A DNA stretch of 49,562 nucleotides from Octopus bimaculoides. Taxonomy: Eukaryota. Location of the stretch: NCBI RefSeq assembly GCF_001194135.2, contig NC_068983.1:156085866-156135427 (forward strand). The letters run 5' to 3'. Shown in pieces: positions 1 through 12,149 of this stretch (positions are counted from its first letter, which is position 1; every line of letters starts with the position of its first letter). The position numbers and the translations under genes were made by a program. Under the pieces are notes generated by a model. The model was not told the DNA's origin. It searched no databases and worked only from the letters and a program-made list of their open reading frames with translations.

Positions 1-1078
1 TATATATATATATATATATATATTTAATAAATCTCAGGGCTGCAAAAAAATTAGAAAGTCTATTTGCTACTAGCGATCTAGCGAGAAGAGAAAACTAGTC
101 AATAAACTATATATTATTCACATAAATACATACAGTGTGCATTGAAACAAATAAGAGAGATGTCCAGCAGGTTAGATGTCCTATTATGGACATCTCTGTT
201 ATATGTTTAAATGTACACTGTATGTATTTATATACATATGTATATGTATATATACATATCATATGGAATATATATTGTTAGAAATGATATGCCAAAACAT
301 AACTACATTTCTCAAAATTATTGGAGAAATTTTTGGTCTCACATACACTTTTGTTGAATTAATGATGGAAAGATTGATAATATCCAACAACTATAAGACA
401 TTGACATGAGAGGCATGCCGTATAAGGTTGAGGATAACATTGGGCGATTGTGCTTGCAACACAGAATACGTAACTTGGGAATATTGCAAGCAAATTCATA
501 TCAACACGGTAATAAGAACATTGTACAGAGAACAAAATGATAGTTTATACAGCGTCTAAGATTTTGATAAAATATTTGTAATATTGATTGCCCGCCGTGT
601 GTCTGATATTGACTGAGTCATGAAAAACAGAAAGAAACAGACTGAAGAGAGAAATATTGTCTCAAGGAATGGAAATAAATTGATTCCTTATATTGGCACT
701 TTATCAACTATTTTCGAATTAAATACTGCTTGTTTTATTCAGGTATAATAGTTTAATGGCTTAATAGGAAAGTGGCCATGGGTTATGGAAGTAGCTCTCG
801 CATAGGTATAAGTATTACAACAAGGTGGGTTTCTATCGATTGGCAATACAACTTGGGTCGTGATCTCAAACGGTCAAGGGTATATATTTCACTTGAAAGT
901 GCCCAGCACAGGGATAAAAAGTTGATATTGTTTCTATAGTGTAATTTTCTGCTGGCTCGACCATCTCCAGTGCCTGGGAGTGAAGCATGACATTGATATA
1001 TCATCTGTCTCACATTATTATTTTCGACGAATGATTCTTATGCAATCTTCCGAAATACAAAAATTCAATCACACACAT

Positions 1079-1080
<2 letters not shown>

Positions 1081-1140
<60 letters not shown>
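1081..1140. repeat. (CA)n microsatellite
   Basis: Near-perfect CA run seen directly; produces the HTHT/VCVC ORFs. Confidence 0.95.
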
Positions 1141-1569
1141 GGACACATACATACAGACAGACAGACGCATACATATCACATACTCCGCCTACTATGCACA
1201 GAAACACATTCACACGCAGACACAAGCACAACAGAGCACTCTCGAGAAGAAAATAAGCTATAATTATAGGTAGGAAAACAACAGCAAAAATAATAATACC
1301 CAAAATTTTTTCCAAGTTTGGCATAAAGTCAAATATTTTACAGGATTACGTTATTGATTTAATTAATCACAATACTTTATTCATTTATAATTTATCAGCT
1401 TGCACCCCTTGATGTTTGACAAACAACGTTAATCCGAGCGGTTTTTGAACGCTCGTAAGAAAAGAGAATTTTGAAATACTACGATGTGTGCCTTCCAGAT
1501 ATTTGCTGATTCTTCTATTCGACGTTATATAAACAAATAACGAGAACATACCTAGCCACAGGCACAGAC

Positions 1570-1925
1570 CCGTTTTATTAAAGAGAAAGTCTCCAAAGAA
1601 TGCGATAAATGTATAGGTGCTCGAGATAAAACTTGTCACATGACTAAAATGATCCAAGATGTGTTGAATGAGAATGGCATTAAAAAGCTTCCATAGCCAA
1701 GCCAGTCACCAGATACGAATCCTCTTGAACACCTTTGGGTCATAATGGACAGGACACTTCATAAAAAAACACAGGGAAACATCTTCAAAGTCAGATGTTA
1801 TCAGATTAATGCATGAAACTTGCCAAGAAGTTCCGCAAGATAATATTCGTTATTAGATCAGAAACATGCCTAATAGGGTCCTTGCATTGAACAATGCAAT
1901 AGGAATGTCAACTAAATATTACATT
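1570..1925 (+). mobile_element. Tc1-like transposase C-terminal remnant (DD34E type, stops)
   Basis: Manual translation gives DKTCHMTKMIQDVLNENGIKKLP*PSQSPDTNPLEHLW...IRNMPNRVLALNNAIGMSTKY, matching Tc1 motifs DNAPCH, WPSQSPDLNPIEHLW and SMPRR...TKY. Confidence 0.8.
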
Positions 1926-2017
1926 TTCACATTATAATAGTAAATAAATAATTTGAATGCATAATTTTAGATTTAAATACATTTTAATGATTATAAGAGT
2001 ATCTATTTACTTCTGTC

Positions 2018-2055
<38 letters not shown>

Positions 2056-2826
2056 NNNNNNNNNNNNNNNNNNNNNNNNNNNNNNNNNNNNNNNNNNNNN
2101 NNNNNNNNNNNNNNNNNNNNNNNNNNNNNNNNNNNNNNNNNNNNNNNNNATATATATACATACTTATATACATACATACACTGTATCTATGATTTTCTTC
2201 GTGCACAACATAAATATTCAATTTTGGGAAATTTTGGATTCGCTCGCTTAAAGATTACCAAACCAGCAACTCTCAAATATTTTGATGTAGACGCCCTTCA
2301 GGGTTGGAAATGCAGATTAGTGTTTGTTGAGGAAGAAAAACCCCACAAGACGTTCTGATATTGCTTATTTCTGTCTTTAGTTTTTAGAAACCCATGCATA
2401 CCTCAAACCCAGTTTATGGTAACTCTTCGATCCATAAACACTGTTGATCTTTTTGCGTAATTTTGTGAGCGTTTGTGATAATTGTGATGTCCGATATCTT
2501 GACGTTAGTTATGGCGGTGTCGAAATCAAAGGAATTATTCAGAAAAGGCAATGTGATAGAAAAGTAATTTTCTTTAATATTACATTGTAAAATTGATATT
2601 AATATCAGGGATCCGTTTAAACCAACGGATAACTTCTTAGGCACTTTGGGAAAGTGATAAATGTGATATCCACTTGACTTATGGATTCATTTATCAAGGA
2701 TATATTCCTTAATTCTTCTAAATATCACTTTCGGTTGGGTGAATTAGTGTTATCGCTGCTTTCTCTGAATGGTCTTTCAAACAGAAATATGGAGGTACAG
2801 GTCTCAGGAATTCTGTTATCTTCTTG

Positions 2827-2932
2827 ATATGCAAAGTTTCTTCTTCTTCTTCTTCTTCTTCTTCTTCTTCTTCTTCTTCTTCTTCTTCTTCTTCTTCTTC
2901 TTCTTCTTCTTCTTCTTCTTCTTCTTCTTCTT

Positions 2933-2975
<43 letters not shown>

Positions 2976-3039
2976 CCCCTCNNNNNNNNNNATTATTATT
3001 ATTATTCCCCCTCTTCTTCTTCTTCTTCTTCTTCTTCTT

Positions 3040-3077
<38 letters not shown>

Positions 3078-3107
3078 TGCTACTACTACTACTACTACTA
3101 CTACTAT
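2827..3107. repeat. Compound (TTC)n/(TTA)n/(CTA)n microsatellite with a 10-N gap
   Basis: Seen directly; explains the poly-F/S/R/Y ORFs. Confidence 0.95.
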
Positions 3108-3500
3108 TTTTCCTGCTCTTTTGTTTCTTCTATTGATATCATTATTGTTATTGTTACTACTAAAGATTCTGTTATTTTTTTCTCTTTAACATTAATCTTA
3201 TTCCACCTCATTTTCCTCCTCATTTCCCAACGTAACCAATCAATATTGGCTTCCTCTTAAACATCTCCAACTAGCCCCCTGATATTCCTCTGTCATAAAC
3301 CTGTTTTCTTCACCCATAATATTAACATGCTGTACATAATATATATTTACTGATTCTTTTATCTTTAGTTATGAAGATATTCGTTTATGATTAAATTAAA
3401 TCCTAGATTAAAGATTTATTCTATTTATACACACGCACATATATGTGTGTGTATATATATATGTATGCGTGTATATATATATATATAGANNNNNNNNNNN

Positions 3501-3528
3501 GGAGAGAGAGAGAGAGAGAGAGATAGAG

Positions 3529-3612
<84 letters not shown>
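3501..3612. repeat. (GA)n-(GATA)n microsatellite
   Basis: Seen directly. Confidence 0.95.
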
Positions 3613-3613
<1 letters not shown>

Positions 3614-3684
3614 TGTGTATGTATGTATGCGTGTGTATGTGTGTATTAATGTATATATTCTTTTATAAATGTCATATATTCAAA

Positions 3685-4490
3685 TCAATAACTGCGGTCA
3701 TGCTGTGGCACCGCCAATAGTTTTGCGACACTTTCATTACTTGAAAACTTCTTTGATATATGTCATTTGGTGAATGACTGAGTATGATTTTGCTGATCTC
3801 ATTTGCGTTTCTTGCCGAGCCTAATCTCGGTTTATGAACATCTCTCATCTCGAACAAAGCCGTTTGCGAACAATTTTTCAAACATAAAAAGTCTCGAGTA
3901 ACGAAAGACCATTCAGAGAAATCAGCGATAATACTAATTCACCCAACATGCAAACCGGCAACCATAGTTGGCGACAAGCTAGGAATATCACCAGCAGAGC
4001 ATCAGTTGTTGACTAGTTTTCGCTGAATATACATCACTGCTCGAGTTCACCGAACCTACTCTTAAATTTGTTATGGGAAAAATGGTTCCCGTTGAAAAGC
4101 GTTTCGGGTGACGAATGGCATTCAGCAATGGATCGAATTCGTAAACCGAGATTCTACTGTATATGAAAGGACTGTGGGCCCTTGAAACACACGCTGTTAC
4201 AATATTTGGCCCGATAGTTTGAAGGCGATCTTCCGATCGTTCTGGTGTTCATGTAACATTCAATGCCAAAGTTTGGTATAAGATCTTCCAGAGTTTACCA
4301 GATGTATATCACTGCATATCTTTCCTGCCTTCGTGCTAGGAAGTAGAGTCTTAACTTTCTCAGTCTTTTCTGTGATATACTCAGCGATCACCGAGGAATT
4401 CCTGAGGTAGATCCAGCGACAATTATGTAAATACTGTGGACAACGCCAGATAGCCATGGTCAGTGAACGTGCTTCATTGGCTTACTACGA
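3685..4490 (-). mobile_element. CR1/L2-type LINE 3' remnant, interrupted by a MITE at about 3823-4159
   Basis: Minus strand reads KRLRKLRLYFLARRQERYAVIYIW*TLEDLIPNFGIECYMNTRT and YCNSVCFKGPQ, homologous to the copy at 7015-7560. The revcomp of 3690-3810 aligns by eye with 7410-7520. Confidence 0.75.
3823..4159. mobile_element. pogo/Tigger-like MITE (about 340 bp)
   Basis: Inverted termini aatctcggtttatgaa (3823-3838) and ttcgtaaaccgagatt (4138-4153), 15/16 identical. The right end finishes ...ctactg followed by TA (4160-4161), as in CAGTAG-type pogo TIRs. The outermost left TIR bases are lost. Confidence 0.65.
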
Positions 4491-4709
4491 GGAAATGCAC
4501 AATGCTTAAATAATCATTTATATATNNNNNNNNNNNNNNNNNNNNNNNNNNNNNNNNNNNNNNNNNNNNNNNNNNNNNNNNNNNNNNNNNNNNNNNNNNN
4601 NNNNNNNNNNNNNNNNNNNNNNNNNNNNNNNNNNNNNNNNNNNNNNNNNNNNNNNNNNNNNNNNNNNNNNNNNNNNNNNNNNNNNTATATACATATATAT
4701 ATACACACA

Positions 4710-5991
4710 CGAAGGGTGTTCATTAAATATTTTCCCTGATCCACTTCCGGTTAATGTGGGAAATGGAACTTGTACATGTATAATCATGCATGTCTCTTTA
4801 TGTCACATTGGAAATTTCAGCTTTCCACTCGTATTCGTTTGCCTAAGGTATCATTTTGGAGACAGTTAAATGCAGATCAGTAACCAGGTTCTTATATATT
4901 GAAAGGTTGTACACCAAAAGAGACTTTCGTTGAGATGAAAGAAATTTATGTGACGATGCCTAATCATACAGCGTAGTGAAGCACTGGCATTACCAGTTAA
5001 AATGTGGTCGGACATCAGTGGAAACTCCTATTACTGCTATTACTGCTCCTATTACTGGACGACCACATACCGCCAATGATGACAACACTAATTATAAAGT
5101 GGAAGCCGCCATTTTGGGGGATCACCGCATAATTATTGGGCAACTAACCCAAGACGTGAAGACATGTGTAGAGTATGTGGAAAAAAAATCATTCACGACT
5201 ATTTGCACAGACGTGAAGTTGACTGCGCAATGGATTCCCCGGATGCTCGCACCTTCTCAGAAAGCAGGAACGAGTCAGTTGCTCTCAAGACCTTTTTTCA
5301 ATGTGCTAAGATAAAGAGGAGGACGTTTTCGTCAGACTTATCACACAGGATGAAATATGAGTCCATCACTATGATCCTGAGACTAAAGTCCAGTGGAAGC
5401 AATGGAAACATGGTAACTGACCACCTCCAAAGAAGGCTCGTTTTCAACCTTCGGCAGGCAAGGTGATGCTCACAATCTTTTGGGACCAACGCGGAATACT
5501 GATGATGGATTTTCAGGCAAAGTCTACCACAATTAATGGGGCATTTTATGTTTCTCTGCTACAGAAATTGCGGGATACCATCGGAGTAGAGAGGCGTGGC
5601 ATGCTGACCAAAGGAGCCCGCCTCCTCCGAGACAACGCCCCAGTTCACAATGCGCATGTTTTTCAGATGAAAGCACTTTCCTGCGGCTATAAAATCCTTC
5701 CTCCTCCCCCTTACTCTCCCGAACTCGCACCATCTGACGTCCACCACTTTCCAACCATGAAGGCTTATTTGAAGGGGAAGCACTTTTCGAATTATGATGA
5801 ACTTATTTATATCTTGGATCCAGACGCAACCTACCGACTTCTACAGATAGGGTTTTCATAGCCTCATAAAACAATGGAAGCTGTGTGTCACCATTGGTGG
5901 TGGCTATGGAGAGAAGGACTAACAATTATGCTAAGTTTCGTTTATCCTAGTCTTTGGGAAGTGGGTTTGGGGAAATATTGAACAGCCCTCG
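4710..5991 (+). mobile_element. Near full-length mariner (D,D34D), transposase pseudogene
   Basis: About 1.28 kb. Imperfect TIRs (cgaagggtgttca...ccacttcc and ggaagtgg...tgaacagccctcg) with TA at 5992-5993. Frameshifted peptides carry WIPRML, HHYDPETK, GKVMLTIFWD, DNAPVH and YSPELAPSD. I count 34 residues between the second and third catalytic D. Confidence 0.93.
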
Positions 5992-6345
5992 TATATATGT
6001 ATGTATATATATATCATTTATGTATGTATATATATATCATTTTTGTATGTATATATATATATCATTTATGTATGTATATATATATCATTTATGTATGTAT
6101 ATATATATCATTTATGTATATATATATATACATNNNNNNNNNNNNNNNNNNNNNNNNNNNNNNNNNNNNNNNNNNNNNNNNNNNNNNNNNNNNNNNNNNN
6201 NNNNNNNNNNNNNNNNNNNNNNNNNNNNNNNNNNNNNNNNNNNNNNNNNNNNNNNNNNNNNNNNNNNNNNTATATGTATGTATGTATGTATGCATGTATG
6301 TATGTATGTATGTATGTATGTATGATATTATTTTCCTGGACCTTA

Positions 6346-6548
6346 AGGCGGCGAGCTGGCAGAATCTTTGGCACGCTGGACGAAATACTTAACGGTATTT
6401 CACCCGTCGCTACGTTTCCAGTTCAAGTTCCGACGAGGTCACCTTTCGGGGTCGATAAAATGCGTACCAGTTGATCACTGGGGGTCGATGTAGTCGACTT
6501 ATCCCACCTCCTCCAAATTGCCCTTGTGGCAAAAAATTGTAATAATTT
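6346..6548 (+). mobile_element. tRNA-derived SINE (family 1) with 13-bp target-site duplication (TSD)
   Basis: Head ggcggcgagctggcagaatc...gttcaagttccgacgaggtc shared with other copies in the window. TSD ttttcctggacct at 6331-6343 and 6549-6561. Confidence 0.85.
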
Positions 6549-7014
6549 TTTTCCTGGACCTGTTAAGATTCTTCCTATAATTGACTTCACGTCATCTATG
6601 CTTTTAACACCTGGTCTCTAAATATTTCTGCAAATGATATTCCTAACAACCAAAAATCAATAGTTTTTTTATATTCACTATTTAATTATAAGTTATTTTC
6701 TTTTTACTACTGGGATTTCCTTTTGAATCACACAGTTCTTCCCTAAACTTATGTAAAGACACTGAAATTGTTCTCCCACTAAAAATTTACACGCTTCATA
6801 TTTCAGTTTCATACATTTTTAAATTCTGTACTTAGTAATCCTATGTTCCTACATTCCATTCCATTTTTGTTAAAAATTCCAACAATTGAAGAAGTACGTA
6901 TAGGGCGAAATATAATGCCATGTCATACAAGTCACATTTATTTTAATGTAAGATATATACATACACACACAAACACTCGCACACTACAAAGTTCAAAATT
7001 GACGATCGAACAAT

Positions 7015-7560
7015 AAGCAATGCAGCGAAGCTGCACAGAGAAGATGGTCTCAATGCGACATGTCAGTTACTAGGAGAGGCTGAAGAAGTTAAGCCTCTAC
7101 TCCCTAGAATGAAGGCGGGAAATATATGCAGAGATATAAATCTGGAAAATCTTAGAAGTACGTATACCAAACTTGGACATTGAAAGTTATACAAACAGCA
7201 GAACAGGACGCCAGTGCATCGTACTAAAACGTCTAACATTGCCATCAGGATACAGGAGCAGGTACTGCAACAGCTTGGGTTTCAAGGGTCTACAACTTTT
7301 CAATGTTCCCTCAAAAACCCTGAAAGACCTATGTGGGGCAGATGTAGGTGTCTAGATTTCTTCCTGTAAAGAGTCCCGGATGATTTTTTCTCGTAGTAAG
7401 AACCATGATGAGGGCAGATAGTCAAACTCCTTCATTTACCAAATGTCGCATGTCAGAGGTGGTTTCAAGTAGTGGAAGTGCAGCAAAACTAACGGCGGTG
7501 TTTCAGCACAAGCGCAGCTTGCAATATGAAAATACAAATGAAATAAAGGAGAATATATAT
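7015..7560 (+). mobile_element. CR1/L2-type LINE 3' remnant (RT C-terminus plus 3' UTR)
   Basis: Translation MQRSCTEKMVSMRHVSY*ERLKKLSLYSLE*RREIYAEI*IWKIL...TNSRTGRQC...YCNSLGFKGLQLFN matches the CR1/L2 motif SYxERLxxLxLYSLERRR. Confidence 0.85.
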
Positions 7561-7785
7561 GTGTGCGTGTGTGTATGTGTGTGTGTGTGTCTATGTATGT
7601 ATGTATGTATGTATGTGTGTGTGTCATGGCATGTTATTGCCAATGAAGAACCGGTTTCTAAACTAGATCCAACACCCCTTCATTGGAATTTTAACATCAA
7701 CAACAGGATATTCTTCTTTGTTATGATAGCGTCTCATAAGGCAAGATTTCTATACATCTTAAATTTGCAGAGGAATCTGTAGTGG

Positions 7786-7860
7786 GGGAGTTTAGCTCAA
7801 TCGGTCAAAGCACCGCGACGCGTAATCACGGAGGTGTGATTTCGAGTCTCATAGCTAACC
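7786..7860 (+). pseudogene. tRNA-like cloverleaf, copy 1 (tRNA pseudogene or SINE head; CGT in anticodon position)
   Basis: A-box TAGCTCAATCGG, T-loop TTCGAGT, loop CGCGTAA, acceptor stem 5 of 7 paired (one G-U), TTTT at 7869-7872. The mismatches argue against a functional tRNA. Confidence 0.65.
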
Positions 7861-8097
7861 ACTTACACTTTCTTCTGCAAAATAGGGGTAGTTTATCCTG
7901 TTCAGGCTATATTATTAGCATTATCCTGCGATTGAGAATTTAAAATCACTTCTTTAACTTTCTAAGACATCTCAACGCTTCTAAAAGCAAACTTCGTTTG
8001 TTTGTTTACGTTTATCGTAATTTGAATTTAACATATTATAGCGTCTCAAAAAGCAATATTTCTATACATCTTAAATTTGCAGAGGATTCTGTAGTGA

Positions 8098-8172
8098 GGG
8101 AGTTTAGCTCAATCGGTCAGAGCACCACGACGCGTAATCACGGAGGTGTGAGTTCGAGTCTCGTAGCTAACT
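8098..8172 (+). pseudogene. tRNA-like cloverleaf, copy 2
   Basis: D stem GCTC/GAGC perfect, B-box-like AGTTCGAGTC, same acceptor-stem mismatches as copy 1. Confidence 0.65.
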
Positions 8173-8227
8173 ACCTACACTGCAATTGAGAATTTAAAAT
8201 CACTTCCTTAATTTTAATAATGATAAT

Positions 8228-8493
8228 ATTCTGCTCAACACCACAGATTTACTTTGTTTTGTTTTGGTATAAAAGATGGGTTACAACAAATATTCTGTAC
8301 AGTACCACAGATTTGCTTGTCAGTTGTTTGACCGCGCACATATGGTCGTGATGCATGTCTCTGGTGTACGTTTATCAGACGGATAGTCATGAGTGGATAT
8401 ACTGGGCTTCGTATATTTGTACCTCAGTGTCAGTTTGATGGTATGCGCTGCTCTCTCACTTAATGATAATAATAATAATAATAATAATAATGA
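8228..8493 (+). mobile_element. Non-coding interspersed repeat ending in (AAT)n, internally deleted copy
   Basis: ggtataaaagatggg...gcacatatgg...ctgctctctcact(AAT)n aligns with 35485-35868 but lacks its central roughly 140 bp. Confidence 0.8.
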
Positions 8494-9536
8494 TATTTTT
8501 CACTCACCAATAAGGGTTCACAAGAAATAACATTATCGGCAGTAACAACAACAGCAACAACGACTCATGAGGATTCAACCCTTCAGTCAAGTGCCTAGTC
8601 TTTGCGTGTGACTTCGAATGAGCTTCAGATTTACAAACAAATCCTCACTTCTCATAAGTCTCATCGGGATTGAGACACACTGGTGAAAAATTGTATTTAT
8701 ATTTTCATGAAATAGAAATATTCGATCTCACTTTACATATGCAACATACGAATGATCTCTTAACAAATCATAAGCCATTTAATGTTCCTATGACTCTCAG
8801 TTTATCACCTCTCTGATTCATATGACCAACGCATCTTTATTATTGAGCCTAAACAAGAAAAGCTTCTATGCATGAGATGTCAGATTTATTGAAAACCTCA
8901 ATGTTACAGACACTGACCTTCCACGTTTATCAACAGAAATTGCACAAGCAACGTTTGGAGAATGCAATTTCTTTCAACATAGACTTACGCATACAGACAA
9001 ACATACATATAGACATACGCACATACATATATACATACGCACATACATGAAATATAAGCATATCTACACATTTACGAGTATATTTATTCATATTTTGGTT
9101 TGAAAAAAATATCTTGTATATTTCATACTCTATGAATACATATGTTTTCACTTTGTTATGTTGATTTCGGAACATTCAACCTCAAAACAAGAGATCAAAT
9201 GCTCGATTCAATTTCATCGATTTCTCTTCTCCTTTTTTTTTTCTCTCGATTTAGCCATCATGTAAATACAATTCTGTATGTGATGTATTGAATTGAGAAA
9301 TTTATTTTCGGAGAAATTTAAGGAAAAGGCATTTCTCCTTTCTTTGTATTTTCATCATCTTTGTCGTCGTCTTCCTCGACGTTGTCGTCGTCATCAACAT
9401 CATCTTCATTATTGTTATTATTATTATTATCATTATTATTGTGTTGCATCGAAGGTCGGAGAGAGAAAATTTAACGGTATCAGACTGATATAAAAATTAT
9501 AAAATTATAGATACAATAAAAAATATTGATATTTGC

Positions 9537-9537
<1 letters not shown>

Positions 9538-9569
<32 letters not shown>

Positions 9570-9646
9570 GAGAGAGCGAGAGAGAGAGTGGGTGTGTGCA
9601 CGAGTCATAGATTGATAGACAGATAGATGGATATATTGACAGATAA

Positions 9647-9689
<43 letters not shown>

Positions 9690-9692
9690 TCC

Positions 9693-9749
<57 letters not shown>
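9538..9749. repeat. Compound GT/GA/GACA/GATA microsatellite
   Basis: Seen directly; produces the LSIYLSIY ORFs. Confidence 0.9.
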
Positions 9750-9750
<1 letters not shown>

Positions 9751-11022
9751 AAATAAAATTAATCTTTGGGAAAAAATATAACATACAATGAAACACAACA
9801 GCGAAAAAGAGAGAAGAAATAGAGATACAGAGAGATAGTAAAGCAAATGAAGTGATTTCAAGAAAGGATTATTAGAGACTGGAGTGGGTAACAAGTAGGA
9901 AGTTTATATATTAATTTTTACCGAAGTGGAATAGAGAAAATCATTGGTGCGAATTGATAAGTCAGAAAGTTTTCGTTATATTTACTGTTTGACATTCTAG
10001 TTGATGCGATGAAAATAATTTCTAAATGTCTGGAGAGAGAATTGTAGAATTGAGAGTATAAAACTTTTCGTACGCTGCTTGTTGTAATCTCCCAACAGAT
10101 AAAGACAACAATGCATGAGTATGTACGTACGCAAGTATATATACATCCATAAATATATATATATATATATATANNNNNNNNNNNNNNNNNNNNNNNNNNN
10201 NNNNNNNNNNNNNNNNNNNNNNNNNNNNNNNNNNNNNNNNNNNNNNNNNNNNNNNNNNNNNNNNNNNNNNNNNNNNNNNNNNNNNNNNNNNNNNNNNNNN
10301 NNNNNNNNNNNNNNNNNNNNNNNNNNNNNNNNNNNNNNNNNNNNNNNATATATATGTATGTATATATAAGCATGTAAATTTATTTATGTATGCACGTATA
10401 CGAGAGATACTTAAGGTTGGCTGCACTATTTTTCATTGACTCTCTCCAAATTGATGTTATAGTAAACAAAGCATTAACACTTTACTAAATATAACGACAG
10501 ATTCTTCTGTTGCTACTGCGACACTGGCATCGATTGACGTTCAATTAATACAGTGTGGTCAAACATGGTCGCAGATCCAGTCATGCATGATGATTTGTTT
10601 GTTGTTGATGATTGTACATGGAAGGAAGAATATTAGCACCATGTCTCCATCTCTATTTATGTTACTCTTTGTTCTATGATTTTCTATGATTATCTGACTA
10701 TGTTTCATTCCCTTAACTTCCCTGTTTTTTATCTTTCTCTCTCATTCGCTCAAATGCAGATACTGACACCACTCTCACTCACTTTCTATCTAATTGCCTC
10801 TCTCACTCACACTCTTTCGTCTCTAATAATATCTTTGTTAATTAAATAACTTCGATTTATAATACAAAACTAGGTTCCATTTTTGCCCTATTTTGGTACG
10901 TGGAATTAATCAGAGTTATGACAAAATTTGCGTATACATGTACATAAATGCATACATATTTTCACAGAGACCAATAGGGAGTGTGTCTATACATATAACT
11001 ATACACACACTCACGCACATAA

Positions 11023-11156
<134 letters not shown>

Positions 11157-11314
11157 TTATATATATATACATACATATATATGTATACATACATGTGTGT
11201 GTGTGTGTGTATGAAACCGAAATACATTTAAATTAGGCATATCTAAAGGCAACGTATGTCAACCTGTGCAGCGCAGGGTACACAGCTATTCATAACTATA
11301 AAATACACATATGT

Positions 11315-11997
11315 TTGCTGTTAACAAGAAATGACAGATGGTTATGTGTAGAACCTTCTGTAGTTCCAAGTGTTATACATACAAAATTTCCAGGAACTGT
11401 CATGATTTTAGGGATTTTCAGTAATGAAGGACATGTGATACCTCTTTACTTCTATCGGCAAGGCCTTAGTGTTAACTCTGCCGCCTACATTGAGGCCTTG
11501 GAAACAATTGTTAAGTCCTGGATAGACAGTGTATGCAATGGAAGGCCATTTGTGTTTCAGTAAGACTCTGCACTATCACACATGGCTCTAGTAATACAAG
11601 AAAGGATAGCTGAAAATTTTCATGATCACATAATCCCTAACGTTTGGCCTCCTAATTCCCCAGATCACATTCCATTGAACTATTACATGTGGAGCGTAGT
11701 TGAGAGAGAGAGAGAGGGCAATGAACACGCCCGTAACACCAAAGGTTCTTTGAAAGCTGCCATAGTCAGAGTAATGTTCAAAATGAATCAGGACCACTTG
11801 ATTCGAGCATGTAGATGACTTAGATCGCGTATAGAAGCGGTTGTTGAAGCTGAAGGTGGCTTTATTGAATAACATTATGGAAAAGAAAATTTATTTTTAT
11901 CCTCATAGTATGTTTGATAAATAAAGTTATTATCTGTTATTATATATGTTTTTTTTTTATAAACATAAATCTATCCTCAAATATCCTACACACGCTG
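11315..11997 (+). mobile_element. maT/mori-type (DD37D) transposon, 5'-truncated remnant
   Basis: Peptide NDRWLC...TKFPGTVMILG...VFQ*DSALSH...WPPNSPDHIPLNYYMWSVVE...VVEAEGGFIE*. 37 residues separate D from the third catalytic position (N here). Ends ...cacacgctg followed by TA. Confidence 0.88.
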
Positions 11998-12149
11998 TAC
12001 ATGCCAAATGAGAGAACGCAAAAGGCGGAACCTTTCAGATGAACTTTCAAGTATAAATATATAGATATCTATATTAATTGGTCCAACTATTAATAGGTAC
12101 AAACATCAGAGAAAAGGGGTTGAAGAAAGGTGTTATAAGTCCAAAAGCT

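Larger units (their letters stand above)
7727..8215 (+). repeat. Imperfect tandem duplication, period 312 bp
   Basis: gcgtctca...tctatacatcttaaatttgcagagga...tagctaac...attgagaatttaaaatcacttc occurs from 7729 and again from 8041. The second copy lacks about 60 bp of the first. Confidence 0.9.

Noticed and set aside
618-730. Possible Tc1 N-terminus (MKNRKKQTEERNIV...) that might pair with the 1570-1925 remnant
   Set aside because: Resemblance too weak; no TIR found to link them.
2960-3015. Apparent duplication of (att)n-ccccctc on both sides of a 10-N gap
   Set aside because: Most simply an unmerged contig overlap, an assembly artefact.
7857-7861. ACCA after the tRNA-like unit suggesting an encoded CCA end
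   Set aside because: Out of register with the acceptor stem, and absent from copy 2.
8875-8990. Protein-looking frame DVRFIENLNVTDTDLPRLSTEIAQATFGEC
   Set aside because: Preceded by an in-frame stop, no good acceptor or donor, and runs into a microsatellite.
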